Assembly (NCBI GenBank): GCA_044223005.1 | Contig: JBGAML010000001.1 | Location: forward strand, 448,001-512,000 | DNA: 64,000 nucleotides | Direction: 5' to 3' | Source: Candidatus Eiseniibacteriota bacterium | Lineage (GTDB): Bacteria; Eisenbacteria; RBG-16-71-46 | Part shown: in pieces, positions 18,530 through 29,034 of the stretch | How the letters are laid out: each line of letters begins with the position of its first letter | Position numbering within the stretch: the stretch's first letter is position 1 | Translations under genes and position numbers: made by a program | The notes under the pieces: model-generated | The model's input: only the letters and a program-made list of their open reading frames with translations | The model's database searches: none | Told to the model about the DNA's origin: nothing

Positions 18530-20047
18530 ATGCGATACCGCGTCCTCTCCGCCCTGCTCGCGCTCTGCGCATGCGCGCTCGCCGCCCCCGCCCTCGTCCG
18601 CGCCGACGAGTTCGCCGACTTCCGGATCCCGGACAATCGCTACCTGCAGTGGACGGGCAGCGTGCAGCTCGGCGCCAACTGGAACGTCGCCGCCGTGCAG
18701 ACGCAGCACGACCGCAGTGGGAGCAGCAACGGCCTGCTCGCGAGCTCGATGATCTCGGTGCGGGACGCGGAGAATCGCTGGTCTTCGTTCGCGCTCTACA
18801 CGAACCTTCAGGGCACGCGCTACCACTCGCTCGCGTCGTACGACCTGCCGTTCGAGGTCTATCGATCCCGCGACCAGCAGCGCAACACAGCGGAGTATCT
18901 CTCGGGCTCCTGGTCCGAACGCTGGTATCCGGGAGCATCGCCGCGCTGGCTGGGGCTGCAACTGGGGGGCTCGCTCCAGGACCAGCAATCGTGGCAGTTC
19001 ATGCACATGCGTCACGAAGATCCCGCTCCGCCCTCGTTCGAGATGCGTGAGGAGATCTCCCAGTCGGCATGGCAATACGGAAGTACGGCGGCGGCTCGCG
19101 GGAGCGCGGGGTACGGCCGCGTCCGCAACGCCTCGGGCGTCTACGAGGCGCGCGTGCTCGAGCAGCGACTGCTCGCCAGCGGCGCACTCACGCGCCCGCT
19201 CGGCGCGGATGCTCGATCGCGCCTCGCTGCGCTCATGTACGCGCGGTACGACGTCCTGCTCGTTCACGACCGGCCGGCCACGATCGTCTGGAAGGAAATC
19301 GCGGACATCCTGCGTGCGGACGGTGCGTTGCGCGACGGCGCCCTCGCGCCCGGGGACGCGTTCACGCTGGTCGAGCCCCTGGCGGTGGGCCGGGGTTCTC
19401 GCGACGCGGCCCTGCTCCCGGTGTCGCCGCTCGTGCGTGCGCGCGGGGCGCTCGCGAGTCTCGTCGTTTCGGCGCGAACACAGAACGACGTCCGGCGCAC
19501 CACCGGCACGGACTCGTATCACACCCTATACGCGGACACGCTGACCTACGAGGTCTTCTACCGGTCCGGCTCGCGAACGGCCACTGCGGCATCCGTAGTG
19601 GCGACGGGCGTCTCCGCCGAGTACCACCGGCCGATCGGGCTCGCCTTCCAGCTCGACGGCAGCACCGAGCTGCTGTTCGACTCCCAACCCCACCGGCGAG
19701 GGGTCTCGAGCGCGTCGTCGGCATCGGTGGGATGGATCGTCGAGGACCGCTGGCTGGCGACCGGGACGCTCCGGCACCAGCGCGAGCTCCATTGGTACAA
19801 GTCGAGCACCCCGTGGCGGGACGAATGGGCCGTCGACTGCCGGGGCACGCTCTCGTACTTCGTGACCGATCACGTGTCGGCATCCCTGAGCGCGACCGAG
19901 ACCCAGACGCGTGTCTTCGACGTGAGCCACGGCCCGTTCTACGGAAGTCCGCAGCGCCGGCGCACCGGCACCCTCACGCTCGGCCTCGCCTACCGCTTCG
20001 CCGGCTACGCGAACATCGCCGGCCTCTCGCCCGCACTCGCGCCGTAG
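18530..20047 (+). CDS. Secreted hypothetical protein, probable outer-membrane beta-barrel
   Basis: Signal peptide, aromatic/Ser/Thr-rich strands, LGLAYRF near the C-terminus. Confidence 0.55.
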   Translation: MRYRVLSALLALCACALAAPALVRADEFADFRIPDNRYLQWTGSVQLGANWNVAAVQTQHDRSGSSNGLLASSMISVRDAENRWSSFALYTNLQGTRYHSLASYDLPFEVYRSRDQQRNTAEYLSGSWSERWYPGASPRWLGLQLGGSLQDQQSWQFMHMRHEDPAPPSFEMREEISQSAWQYGSTAAARGSAGYGRVRNASGVYEARVLEQRLLASGALTRPLGADARSRLAALMYARYDVLLVHDRPATIVWKEIADILRADGALRDGALAPGDAFTLVEPLAVGRGSRDAALLPVSPLVRARGALASLVVSARTQNDVRRTTGTDSYHTLYADTLTYEVFYRSGSRTATAASVVATGVSAEYHRPIGLAFQLDGSTELLFDSQPHRRGVSSASSASVGWIVEDRWLATGTLRHQRELHWYKSSTPWRDEWAVDCRGTLSYFVTDHVSASLSATETQTRVFDVSHGPFYGSPQRRRTGTLTLGLAYRFAGYANIAGLSPALAP

Positions 20048-20075
20048 GGCGCGGGGCGGGCGGCGGCGTCCGCGA

Positions 20076-20417
20076 TCAGCCCTCGCGCACGAAGTGCGGC
20101 ATCGTCTCCGGGATCACGAGCGAGAGCTCGACGAACCCGGCGTATGCGCCGTTCACGTGCCAGGGCGACTGGTAGATGAGCTTGCGCACGCCGCGCTTCT
20201 CGATCGTGTAGACGTTGGTCCGGCCGCTCGCGAGCATCTCGCGCAGCTGCTCGCGGGCGCGTTCCGGATGGCAGTCGAGCGCGTTCGTGCCGATCAGCGC
20301 CCGGCCGCCGTCGGCCTCGAACACCTGCGCGGCGCGGTCGTTCATCTCGAGGATGATCCCATCGCGGTCGCACACCGTCACCGCACCGCCGAACTCCTTC
20401 ACCCACGCCGATTCCAT
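20076..20417 (-). CDS. Stand-alone PAS-domain protein
   Basis: VTVCDRDGIILEMN, LIGTNALDCHP, KLIYQSPW; GGGGAGG before ATG. Confidence 0.8.
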   Translation of the reverse strand: MESAWVKEFGGAVTVCDRDGIILEMNDRAAQVFEADGGRALIGTNALDCHPERAREQLREMLASGRTNVYTIEKRGVRKLIYQSPWHVNGAYAGFVELSLVIPETMPHFVREG

Positions 20418-20589
20418 CGCACCTCCCCGGGCCACGCCCGATCGCGAGCGGGAACGTAACACCCGGGCCCGGTAGCGGTGCCGGCCCGTTCTCCGGGAAC
20501 GCCCGCGCATCTGGCGCGTCCAGTCGTTAGTATCTGGCGCTCGCATGCCCGCCGCGGACGGGCCGACCACTCTCGAAGAGGAGCCGCAT

Positions 20590-21129
20590 GTGCCGTCGAA
20601 CTCGCAGCAGTCGCCTTTTCAGGTGATGAGGAGCCTCCACCGCGACGTCGGCTACCTGACCGCGGGGCTCACGGTGATCTTCGCGCTCTCCGGCATCGCC
20701 CAGATCTTCCGCGACACCGACCTGTTCCAGGTGCAGAAGCAGGAGCAGGTCCAACTGCAGCCCGGCCTCGCCGCCGACGCGCTCGGGCCCGCGCTGCGCA
20801 TGCGCGAGGTGAAGGTCGATCGCACCGAGAGCGGCGTGATGTACTTCCGCGGCGGCTCGTACGATCCCGCCACCGGCACCGCCGTACGCACGCAGAAGTC
20901 TTTCGCACCGCCGCTCGACCGCCTCACGGCGCTGCACAAGGCTCCGAGCAAGAGCGCACTGCACTGGCTCACGCTGGTCTACGGCGTGATGCTGCTCTTC
21001 CTCGGCACCTCGTCGTTCTTCATGTTCCGGCCCGGCCATGCACTCCAGAAGCGCGGCCTGGTGTTCGCGGGCATCGGGCTCGCGGTCGCGCTGGCGGTGC
21101 TGTTCTTCGGCGCCGGCGGCGGCGCGTAG
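20590..21129 (+). CDS. PepSY-associated TM helix protein
   Basis: RSLHRDVGY..SG and LHK motifs, three TM helices; GAGGAG before GTG. Confidence 0.7.
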   Translation: MPSNSQQSPFQVMRSLHRDVGYLTAGLTVIFALSGIAQIFRDTDLFQVQKQEQVQLQPGLAADALGPALRMREVKVDRTESGVMYFRGGSYDPATGTAVRTQKSFAPPLDRLTALHKAPSKSALHWLTLVYGVMLLFLGTSSFFMFRPGHALQKRGLVFAGIGLAVALAVLFFGAGGGA

Positions 21130-21130
21130 C

Positions 21131-21192
21131 GCGACCCGTCCGCGAAGCGGAAACACGAACCGGCCCCGGCGGATCCATCCGCCGGGGCCGGT
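21131..21192. repeat. 62-bp direct repeat, copy 1 (contains terminator hairpin)
   Basis: Identical to 22904-22965: gcgacccgtccgcgaagcggaaacacgaaccggccccggcggatccatccgccggggccggt. Confidence 0.95.
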
Positions 21193-21228
21193 TCGCGCAT
21201 CCGGCGCCGCCGCCAGCTGGTGGGCGAT

Positions 21229-22770
21229 TCACGGTCCTTCGTATCGACCGAGGAAAACGATCGCTCCGGTGTCGTCGTCGCGAATGATGAAGAAGAACGG
21301 ACGATTCATCACCACGTTCGGAACGAAGGGGCGCATTCGCCTCGGGTGGCTGGCGCTCGCGTACACCGACAACGCCGTCGCCGCGGCGGCCTCGGTGCCG
21401 CGCTCGTTGACGTCGAGATTCGCCTGGTGGACGACCTCATCGACGAAGTACGGCACTCGCTCCGCCGACGGGGCATGCATGCCGTCCAGGTTCGCCGAGG
21501 GCCGGAACGCATCCGTCAGCCCCATGGCCTCGAGCGGCTCGCGCAGCCGCCGCGAACAGTTCATCGAGAACCTCGGCATGCTCACGAAAGTCGCACGCGG
21601 GTCCAGCGCCCCGATCCATTTCGCGAGCCGCTCGGGGGTGAGGTTCGATTCGAGTGCCGCGAGCCCGTCTCGACGCAGGGGCAGCAGGACGATCATCGAA
21701 AACGGAACGCCGCGATAGTGCAGTCCGACCAGCTGGAATCCGTTCGGTGCCGGGTAGAACTCCGCGTCGTCCTCTCCTGGGAATCGAGCGTCCTCCACCT
21801 CCTTTGGGGTTCGGAAGAGGGTGCCGTCCGCGCGAAACGCGCCGTAGCTGAACGGTGCCGATCGATTCATGAACGGCATCTGGACCGAATCCCCGGCCGG
21901 GGGGCGGAACCAGCTCGGATGGGTATTCGCGATTTCGAATGGGGCGAGCCAGCGCGCACGGAAGAAGATCGCGTTGGCCAGGATGAGCCGTGCTTGGGGC
22001 GTAACGCTACCGGCGGGCAGAAGCTCGGGGATGCGATCGCGAGTGCGCTCGCCCACCCACGCGTTGATCTGCGAACGAACCTTGTCCGGGTTACCGCTGA
22101 AGTCCACCGGCCGCGAATTTCCCGCGCCATAGTGTTCGCTCAGGGTCCGCTCGAACTCGGCACTGGCCGGCAGGGTCGAATCCCGCCAGATCGCGTTGCA
22201 CAGGTGCAGTTCCGCGAGCGGCTGAAGCGAGTCCACTTCGGCGGCGAGAGCGTTCCTGCCGCGGTAACGCCACTCCTCCCAGAGCATCTCGCCGTGCAGC
22301 GTGGGAGGGTTCCGGCTGGCGAGGCCGTCCATCACCCGGATCGTGATGGCGAGCGAGTCCAATCGCGCCCGCGAGGCCGGGGGCAGCGCGCCCTCATCGC
22401 GCATGCGCGTCCTCGCGAAGGTGCCGAGCGCCTCATGCACGGGGGCCAAGTCCCACGGTCGATCTGCATCACGGGTCGCGAGCGATCGTTGCAGCCGCAA
22501 CACGTGGCCGAACTCGGCGGCCGTGCGAGCTCGCGCACCCTCGGCCGTCATCGCGAGCACGGTGTAGACGGAGGCGGGTGAGAAGAAGACGTTACTGCCC
22601 GGCGCGGACCGCACCAGTTCGCGATACAGATCGAGCGCGAATTGGTTCTGCGCCGTCACGATCTTCGTCGAATCGGCTCTCGCCGTATTCGCCGCGGCCG
22701 CGCTTCCTGCCATCACCAACCACGCCGCCAGCGCGCATCCGACGGCCTCTGCCACCACGCCCCCTCGCAT
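21229..22770 (-). CDS. Secreted serpin (serine protease inhibitor)
   Basis: NVFFSPAS, NAIFFRARW, hinge NERGTEAAAAT, NRPFFFII..FLGR; signal peptide. Confidence 0.95.
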   Translation of the reverse strand: MRGGVVAEAVGCALAAWLVMAGSAAAANTARADSTKIVTAQNQFALDLYRELVRSAPGSNVFFSPASVYTVLAMTAEGARARTAAEFGHVLRLQRSLATRDADRPWDLAPVHEALGTFARTRMRDEGALPPASRARLDSLAITIRVMDGLASRNPPTLHGEMLWEEWRYRGRNALAAEVDSLQPLAELHLCNAIWRDSTLPASAEFERTLSEHYGAGNSRPVDFSGNPDKVRSQINAWVGERTRDRIPELLPAGSVTPQARLILANAIFFRARWLAPFEIANTHPSWFRPPAGDSVQMPFMNRSAPFSYGAFRADGTLFRTPKEVEDARFPGEDDAEFYPAPNGFQLVGLHYRGVPFSMIVLLPLRRDGLAALESNLTPERLAKWIGALDPRATFVSMPRFSMNCSRRLREPLEAMGLTDAFRPSANLDGMHAPSAERVPYFVDEVVHQANLDVNERGTEAAAATALSVYASASHPRRMRPFVPNVVMNRPFFFIIRDDDTGAIVFLGRYEGP

Positions 22771-22903
22771 GGCCTCCCCTTCCTGCCGGGACGGTTGGGG
22801 GACGTTTTCCGCCGCGGCGTCTCGCCCCGGTCGGGTTCACGAGGCGCCCGAGCCCCGCGAGGCGGAGGTTAGCGCCACCGCGCGAGGCTCGCTAGGTGCA
22901 ACT

Positions 22904-22965
22904 GCGACCCGTCCGCGAAGCGGAAACACGAACCGGCCCCGGCGGATCCATCCGCCGGGGCCGGT
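22904..22965. repeat. 62-bp direct repeat, copy 2 (groEL terminator hairpin)
   Basis: Identical to 21131-21192; lies 33 bp downstream of the groEL stop. Confidence 0.95.
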
Positions 22966-22998
22966 CGTTTGCTGCGTGTGGCGCTGCGTCGGTTCGGT

Positions 22999-24660
<1,662 letters not shown>

Positions 24661-24719
24661 TCAGCGCGTCCGCGCGTCGCGCGACGATCGTCGCGGCGTC
24701 CGCGCCTCGGACGCGTGGA

Positions 24720-25010
24720 TTACTTGGCGATGACGCCGAGGATCTCGTCCTCGCGCAGGATCACGTACTCGGTGCCTTCGATCTTCACGTCGGTGCCGCT
24801 GTACTTGCCGATCAGCACGCGATCGCCCTTCTTGACGTCGATCTCCACGCGCTTGCCGTCCTCGTTCTTGCGGCCGGGGCCGACGGCGACGACTTCGCCC
24901 TCCTGCGGCTTCTCCTTGGCGGTATCGGGGATGATGATGCCGCCGCGGATCGTCTCCTGCTCCTCGATGCGGCGAACCAGGATCCGGTCGGCCAGAGGCT
25001 GAACGTTCAT
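24720..25010 (-). CDS. groS: Co-chaperonin GroES
   Basis: [29 protein letters not shown] before ATG. Confidence 0.98.
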   Translation of the reverse strand: MNVQPLADRILVRRIEEQETIRGGIIIPDTAKEKPQEGEVVAVGPGRKNEDGKRVEIDVKKGDRVLIGKYSGTDVKIEGTEYVILREDEILGVIAK

Positions 25011-25155
25011 TGCGGAACCTCCTCTTCGGGTCTTGCATGGGCCACCCGGCACGGGTCGCCTTCCGGCGCCCCGCCACCGCGGCGGGCTGTGATGAAATGA
25101 GACGTTGGTGCGCGGGCGCGCGCGGAGGACACCTTGCGCGGGGCCGACGTGACGC

Positions 25156-25184
25156 AGGATATCGGGCGATATTTGCGGGCTCAA
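25156..25184 (-). promoter_or_regulatory. Putative groES promoter
   Basis: Minus strand TTGAGC-N17-TATCCT (sigma70-like); also readable as CTTGAG-N13-CCCGATAT. Confidence 0.5.
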
Positions 25185-25270
25185 GTCGGGCAATTGAAAA
25201 TCCGATTACTGATTATTTGGCAATGGGATATGGGTTGATTTCGACCCCGGGCGGCGGGCTGTTTCCGGCC

Positions 25271-25293
25271 GCAATTGTCATAATGACAATCGC
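25271..25293. promoter_or_regulatory. AT-rich inverted repeat upstream of groES, putative operator
   Basis: gcaattgtca-taa-tgacaatcgc, arms match 9/10. Confidence 0.5.
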
Positions 25294-25429
25294 GGACTGG
25301 CAGCGGATGGCGGGCGCCGCTGGCGCGCGGAGGCGCGGCGAGGACGCCGGGGCGCACGCGCGCGGACGCGGAGCGATGGCCCGCGCGCGAAGCCGGTGAA
25401 TGCACGTCGCGGACGCGAGGCCCGGCGCG

Positions 25430-26392
25430 CTACTTGTCGGCTTCGGGCTCCTCGAAGAGCGCCAGCGTGGGCTGCCCGTCGAGGTAGCCGTTGCTCATCG
25501 TGCCGCTCACGCGCAGGTGCTGCCGCTCGTGCGGCGTGCGCGAGCGCGTGAAGACGACGAGCGAGTCGCGGCCGTCGAACAGGTAGAAGGACCAGCCGCC
25601 TCCGACCTGGAAGACCTGCCCGACCTTGCCCTCGACGAGCACGCGCGCGCCGTCGAAGCGTTCGGGGTGCCGGCGGAGCCGGCCGATCGACGTCGGGCGC
25701 GGGCCGCGCGGCCACAGCGCCACCACGCACAGCGCCACGGTCACCACGCCGACCAGCACCTGCAGCCGGCGGTCCGTGCGCAGCGTGTGCACGATCGAGA
25801 CGTACCACGGCAGCGGGGCGTCCTCGATGTCGAACGCCTCGGGCGACACGACTTCGTGCGCGGGCACCTCGACCGGCGTGAACGTGTCGCTCGCCGCGGG
25901 CGGATGCGCGAGCAGCGCGGCGCGCTCGCGCGCACGCTCCTCGGCGTCGTCCATGGGGAAGTCCTCGAACGCGGACGGCTCCGCGGCCGCGCGCGGACGG
26001 TCGTTGCGCGGCAGCTCGGGCACGCTCTTGGTGCCCGGCTCCCACGTCATCGCGGGGCCGCGCACGAAGCCGCTGTCGTCGTTCGCGTCGTCCTGCACCG
26101 CTCCGATGCGCTTCGCCGGCGGCGGTGGCGCCGCCGCGGGCGGGCGCGAGCCGAGCTTCAGCGCTTCACCGGTTGCGCCGATCTCGTCGCCCGACGTCGT
26201 GAACGCGAGGCCGGAGTCCTGGACGCCGCCCTCGGGCGTCATGCGCAGGAGCTTCGGACGCTCGGCAGCCGCCGGCTTCGACTTGGAGCGGTCGAGTTCG
26301 GCGGCAAGCCCTTCCTCGGGGCCCACCAGCCAGTCGGCGGGTCCTTCGGTCGGGGTGCGTTCGGGTTCGGGATTCGGCTGTGCGCTGCTCAC
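25430..26392 (-). CDS. Hypothetical bitopic membrane protein with C-terminal OB-fold-like domain
   Basis: Acidic/Pro-rich N-terminus, one TM helix, P.RFDG..V.VEGKV..L.DG..V.G pattern; GGAGG before GTG. Confidence 0.6.
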   Translation of the reverse strand: MSSAQPNPEPERTPTEGPADWLVGPEEGLAAELDRSKSKPAAAERPKLLRMTPEGGVQDSGLAFTTSGDEIGATGEALKLGSRPPAAAPPPPAKRIGAVQDDANDDSGFVRGPAMTWEPGTKSVPELPRNDRPRAAAEPSAFEDFPMDDAEERARERAALLAHPPAASDTFTPVEVPAHEVVSPEAFDIEDAPLPWYVSIVHTLRTDRRLQVLVGVVTVALCVVALWPRGPRPTSIGRLRRHPERFDGARVLVEGKVGQVFQVGGGWSFYLFDGRDSLVVFTRSRTPHERQHLRVSGTMSNGYLDGQPTLALFEEPEADK

Positions 26393-26490
26393 GCGAAGCC
26401 TCCGTGCGGATGCTTGGGAACATGCGCGTTATCGGCCGGAGGCCCGGCCCGACTTGAGGCAACGGTTTCGGCCGCCCGGGACGGGCCCGT

Positions 26491-27870
26491 TCAGCGCCCC
26501 GCCCAGCGGTCGAGCTTGCGATAGAGCGTTCGCAGTCCGATGCCCAGCATGGCGGCCGCCCGGGGCTTGTCGCCGCCGGTGTGCCGCAGGGTCTCCTCCA
26601 CCAGCGCCCGCTCGGCCTCGTCCAGGGTCATGCCCACCGCGATCGCCGGCCCGGGCGCCCCGGCGTCCGGCTCGCGCATCGGCGCCGGCAGCGCCGACAC
26701 GTCGATCGGTCCGCGGCCGGGCGCGTGCAGCAGCAGCTGTTCGAGCGAGCGCTTGAGCTCGGCGACGTTGCCCGGCCACGCCTGCGCGACCAGCCGCTCC
26801 AGCGCGCCGCGCGTGATGCGCCGCGGCCGGCGGCCGTGCTCGCGCGCGAGGTCACGCAGCAGCCGCTCGACCAGCGCCGGCACGTCGGCGCGCCGTTCGC
26901 GCAGCGGCGGCAGCGCGATCCGCACCACGGCGAGCAGCCGGAACAGGTCCTCGCGGAAGCGGCCCTCGCGTACCGCGGCGGCGAGCTCGCGCGCGGTGGT
27001 CGCGACCACGCGCACGTCGGCGCGGCGCGAACGCGCGCCGCCCACGCGTTCGTACGCGCGCTCCTGCAGCAGGCGCAGCAGCAGCACCTGCGCGCGCGCC
27101 GGCAGCTCGTCGACCGCGTCGAGCACCAGCGTGCCGCCGTCGGCGCGCTCGAGCCGGCCGCGCCGGACGACGGCGCCGTCGTCACCCTCGACGCCGCAGA
27201 GCTCGGCTTCGAAGAGCTCGGCGGGCAGCCCGCCGCAGTCGAGCCGAACGAACGGGCCGTCCGCGCGTGTGCTCGCCGCGTGCAGCGCGCGCGCGACCAG
27301 GCCCTTGCCCGTGCCGGGCTCGCCCTCGATCAGCACGGTCGCGCGCGTCGGCGCGACCTGCGCGACCTGCTCGCGGGCGCGGCGCACCGCGTACGAGTCC
27401 CCGGTGAGCGGCTCGAGCCGCTCGCGGCGGTCGAGCGCGTCCTCCATCGCGGTGACGCGGGCGGCGAGCGCCTGGTGCTCGAGCCCGCGCTCGAGCGCCG
27501 CCACGATGCGCGCCGGGCTCGCGGCGCGCGGCTGCACGTCCCACGCGCCGGCACGCATCGCTTCGACGGCGAGCGCCATCTCGGGGCCGTCCGTCAGCAT
27601 CACCGCGACGGCGTCGGGCCGCCGCGCGCGCGTCGCGGCGAGCACCGCGAAGCCGTCGATGCGGCTCTCGCGCAGCGCCGACACCAGCGCGTCCACGCGC
27701 TCGCGCCCGGCGACGCCGATGGCGCTCTCGCCGTCGTGCGCCCACGCGACGGCGAAGCCGCGCTCGCGCAGCGCCGCCACCAGGCCGCGCGCGGCGTCCG
27801 TCTCGCGCTCGGCGACCAGCACGACCGCGGACCCGCCCGGGTCCGCGCCGCGGGTGCGCGGGGCGCTCAG
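26491..27870 (-). CDS. Degenerate NtrC-family regulator (pseudo-receiver, AAA+, Fis-type HTH); start uncertain
   Basis: GEPGTGK, ADGGTLVLD, WPGNV, LGIGLRTLYRKL; catalytic motifs altered. Confidence 0.85.
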   Translation of the reverse strand: MSAPRTRGADPGGSAVVLVAERETDAARGLVAALRERGFAVAWAHDGESAIGVAGRERVDALVSALRESRIDGFAVLAATRARRPDAVAVMLTDGPEMALAVEAMRAGAWDVQPRAASPARIVAALERGLEHQALAARVTAMEDALDRRERLEPLTGDSYAVRRAREQVAQVAPTRATVLIEGEPGTGKGLVARALHAASTRADGPFVRLDCGGLPAELFEAELCGVEGDDGAVVRRGRLERADGGTLVLDAVDELPARAQVLLLRLLQERAYERVGGARSRRADVRVVATTARELAAAVREGRFREDLFRLLAVVRIALPPLRERRADVPALVERLLRDLAREHGRRPRRITRGALERLVAQAWPGNVAELKRSLEQLLLHAPGRGPIDVSALPAPMREPDAGAPGPAIAVGMTLDEAERALVEETLRHTGGDKPRAAAMLGIGLRTLYRKLDRWAGR

Positions 27871-28343
27871 TCCCGGTCGAGCGCGGCGAGTGCCGCTTCG
27901 GGGTCCGGGATCGCGTCCATGCTGCCGCGATCCTCGCTGAGGTGCCGCCACCGGATGCGTCCCTGCTTGTCCACGAGGAACGACGCGCGCTGGCTGTAGT
28001 TCGATTCCGGGATCAGCACGCCGTAGGCCGTGCTCGCCTCGCGCTTCCAGTCCGAGAGCAGCGGGAAGCGCACGCCGAGCATGCGGGCGAAGGCGCCGGC
28101 CGACCAGTGGCTGTCGACGCTGACGCCGAGCACGACCGTCTCCGCCGCGTCGAACCGGTCCATCATCTTCTGCAGCTGCGGCAGCTGGTGCGAGCAGACG
28201 GGCGAGAACGCGAGCGGATAGAAGACGACGAGCACGTTCTTGTCGCCGAGGTACTCCGACAGGCTGTATTGCGTGCCGTCCCCTCCGCGCAGGCGGAAAT
28301 CCGGCGCCAGCTGGCCGACTTCGGGGATGGTCAGGGTCTGCAT
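27867..28343 (-). CDS. Peroxiredoxin (AhpE/BCP-like, single Cys)
   Basis: APDFRL, FYPLAFSPVC, GVSVDS, LLSD, RASFLVD. Confidence 0.9.
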   Translation of the reverse strand: MQTLTIPEVGQLAPDFRLRGGDGTQYSLSEYLGDKNVLVVFYPLAFSPVCSHQLPQLQKMMDRFDAAETVVLGVSVDSHWSAGAFARMLGVRFPLLSDWKREASTAYGVLIPESNYSQRASFLVDKQGRIRWRHLSEDRGSMDAIPDPEAALAALDRD

Positions 28344-28434
28344 GAGTCGGTTCTCCCGTCGCGGCGCCCGGGGGCGCGATCTCGTTACTACCGTGGCTAC
28401 GATTATCCGGCCCCGGCGCGCCCGGGGCAACGTC

Positions 28435-29031
28435 TCAGCGCCGGGCGGTGGCGCGCATCACGTCCTGGCTCACGGCCGCCAGTTCCGCCAGCGTTCGGAT
28501 GCCCTTCTCGGTTTCCCACCGCGCGGCGAGCAGCACGAACAGCCGGGCCGTGGTACGGGTGTCGCCGAGCGCGCGATGCGCGGTCTCGGCCGGCAGCTGC
28601 AGCCGCTGCGCCAGCGCGCCGAGCGCATTGCTGCCGGTGCCGAAGAGCCCGCGCGCGAGCCCGAGCGTGTCGATGATGGGGTTCAGCAGCGGCGGCGCCC
28701 CGGCGTCGCGGAACAGCGCCACCAGGAACGGCAGGTCGAACGGCGCGTTATGGAACACGAGTGGCAGGTCCGCGCACGCGGTGCGCAGCGCGCGGCCGAC
28801 GTCGGCGGCCGGCGGCGCGTCCTTCACCATCGCGTCGGTGATGCCGTGCACGCGCGACGCGTCGGGCGGGATCGGCCGGCCCGGCTGCAGCAGCGACGAC
28901 CACTCCTCGCCGAGCCCGCCGTTCACCACCGCGACGCGCGCCACCTCGACGAGCCGGTGCCCGTCCGTCGGGCTCATGCCGGTCGTCTCGGTGTCGACCG
29001 CGAGCGCGGTGATCCCCGCGAGCAGTGCCAT
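28435..29031 (-). CDS. DEDDh 3'-5' exonuclease, DNA polymerase III epsilon-like
   Basis: VDTETTG, VHGITD, HNAPFD, HRALGD. Confidence 0.88.
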   Translation of the reverse strand: MALLAGITALAVDTETTGMSPTDGHRLVEVARVAVVNGGLGEEWSSLLQPGRPIPPDASRVHGITDAMVKDAPPAADVGRALRTACADLPLVFHNAPFDLPFLVALFRDAGAPPLLNPIIDTLGLARGLFGTGSNALGALAQRLQLPAETAHRALGDTRTTARLFVLLAARWETEKGIRTLAELAAVSQDVMRATARR

Positions 29032-29034
29032 CGC

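Noticed and set aside
22868..22903. Integron attC-like GTTAGCG next to the serpin
   Set aside because: No complementary partner box or attC hairpin around the gene and no integrase in the window.
21131..22965. CRISPR array or IS element explanation of the 62-bp repeats
   Set aside because: Only two copies 1.8 kb apart, no cas genes, no transposase or terminal inverted repeats.
25218..25245. CIRCE element (TTGGCAATG half-site)
   Set aside because: No matching second arm at 9-bp spacing.
26447..26458. 12-mer gcccgacttgag shared in inverted form with the groES promoter
   Set aside because: Chance 12-mer matches are expected within 64 kb; no further support.
27867..28343. Selenocysteine peroxiredoxin
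   Set aside because: The peroxidatic codon is TGC and the frame is uninterrupted.
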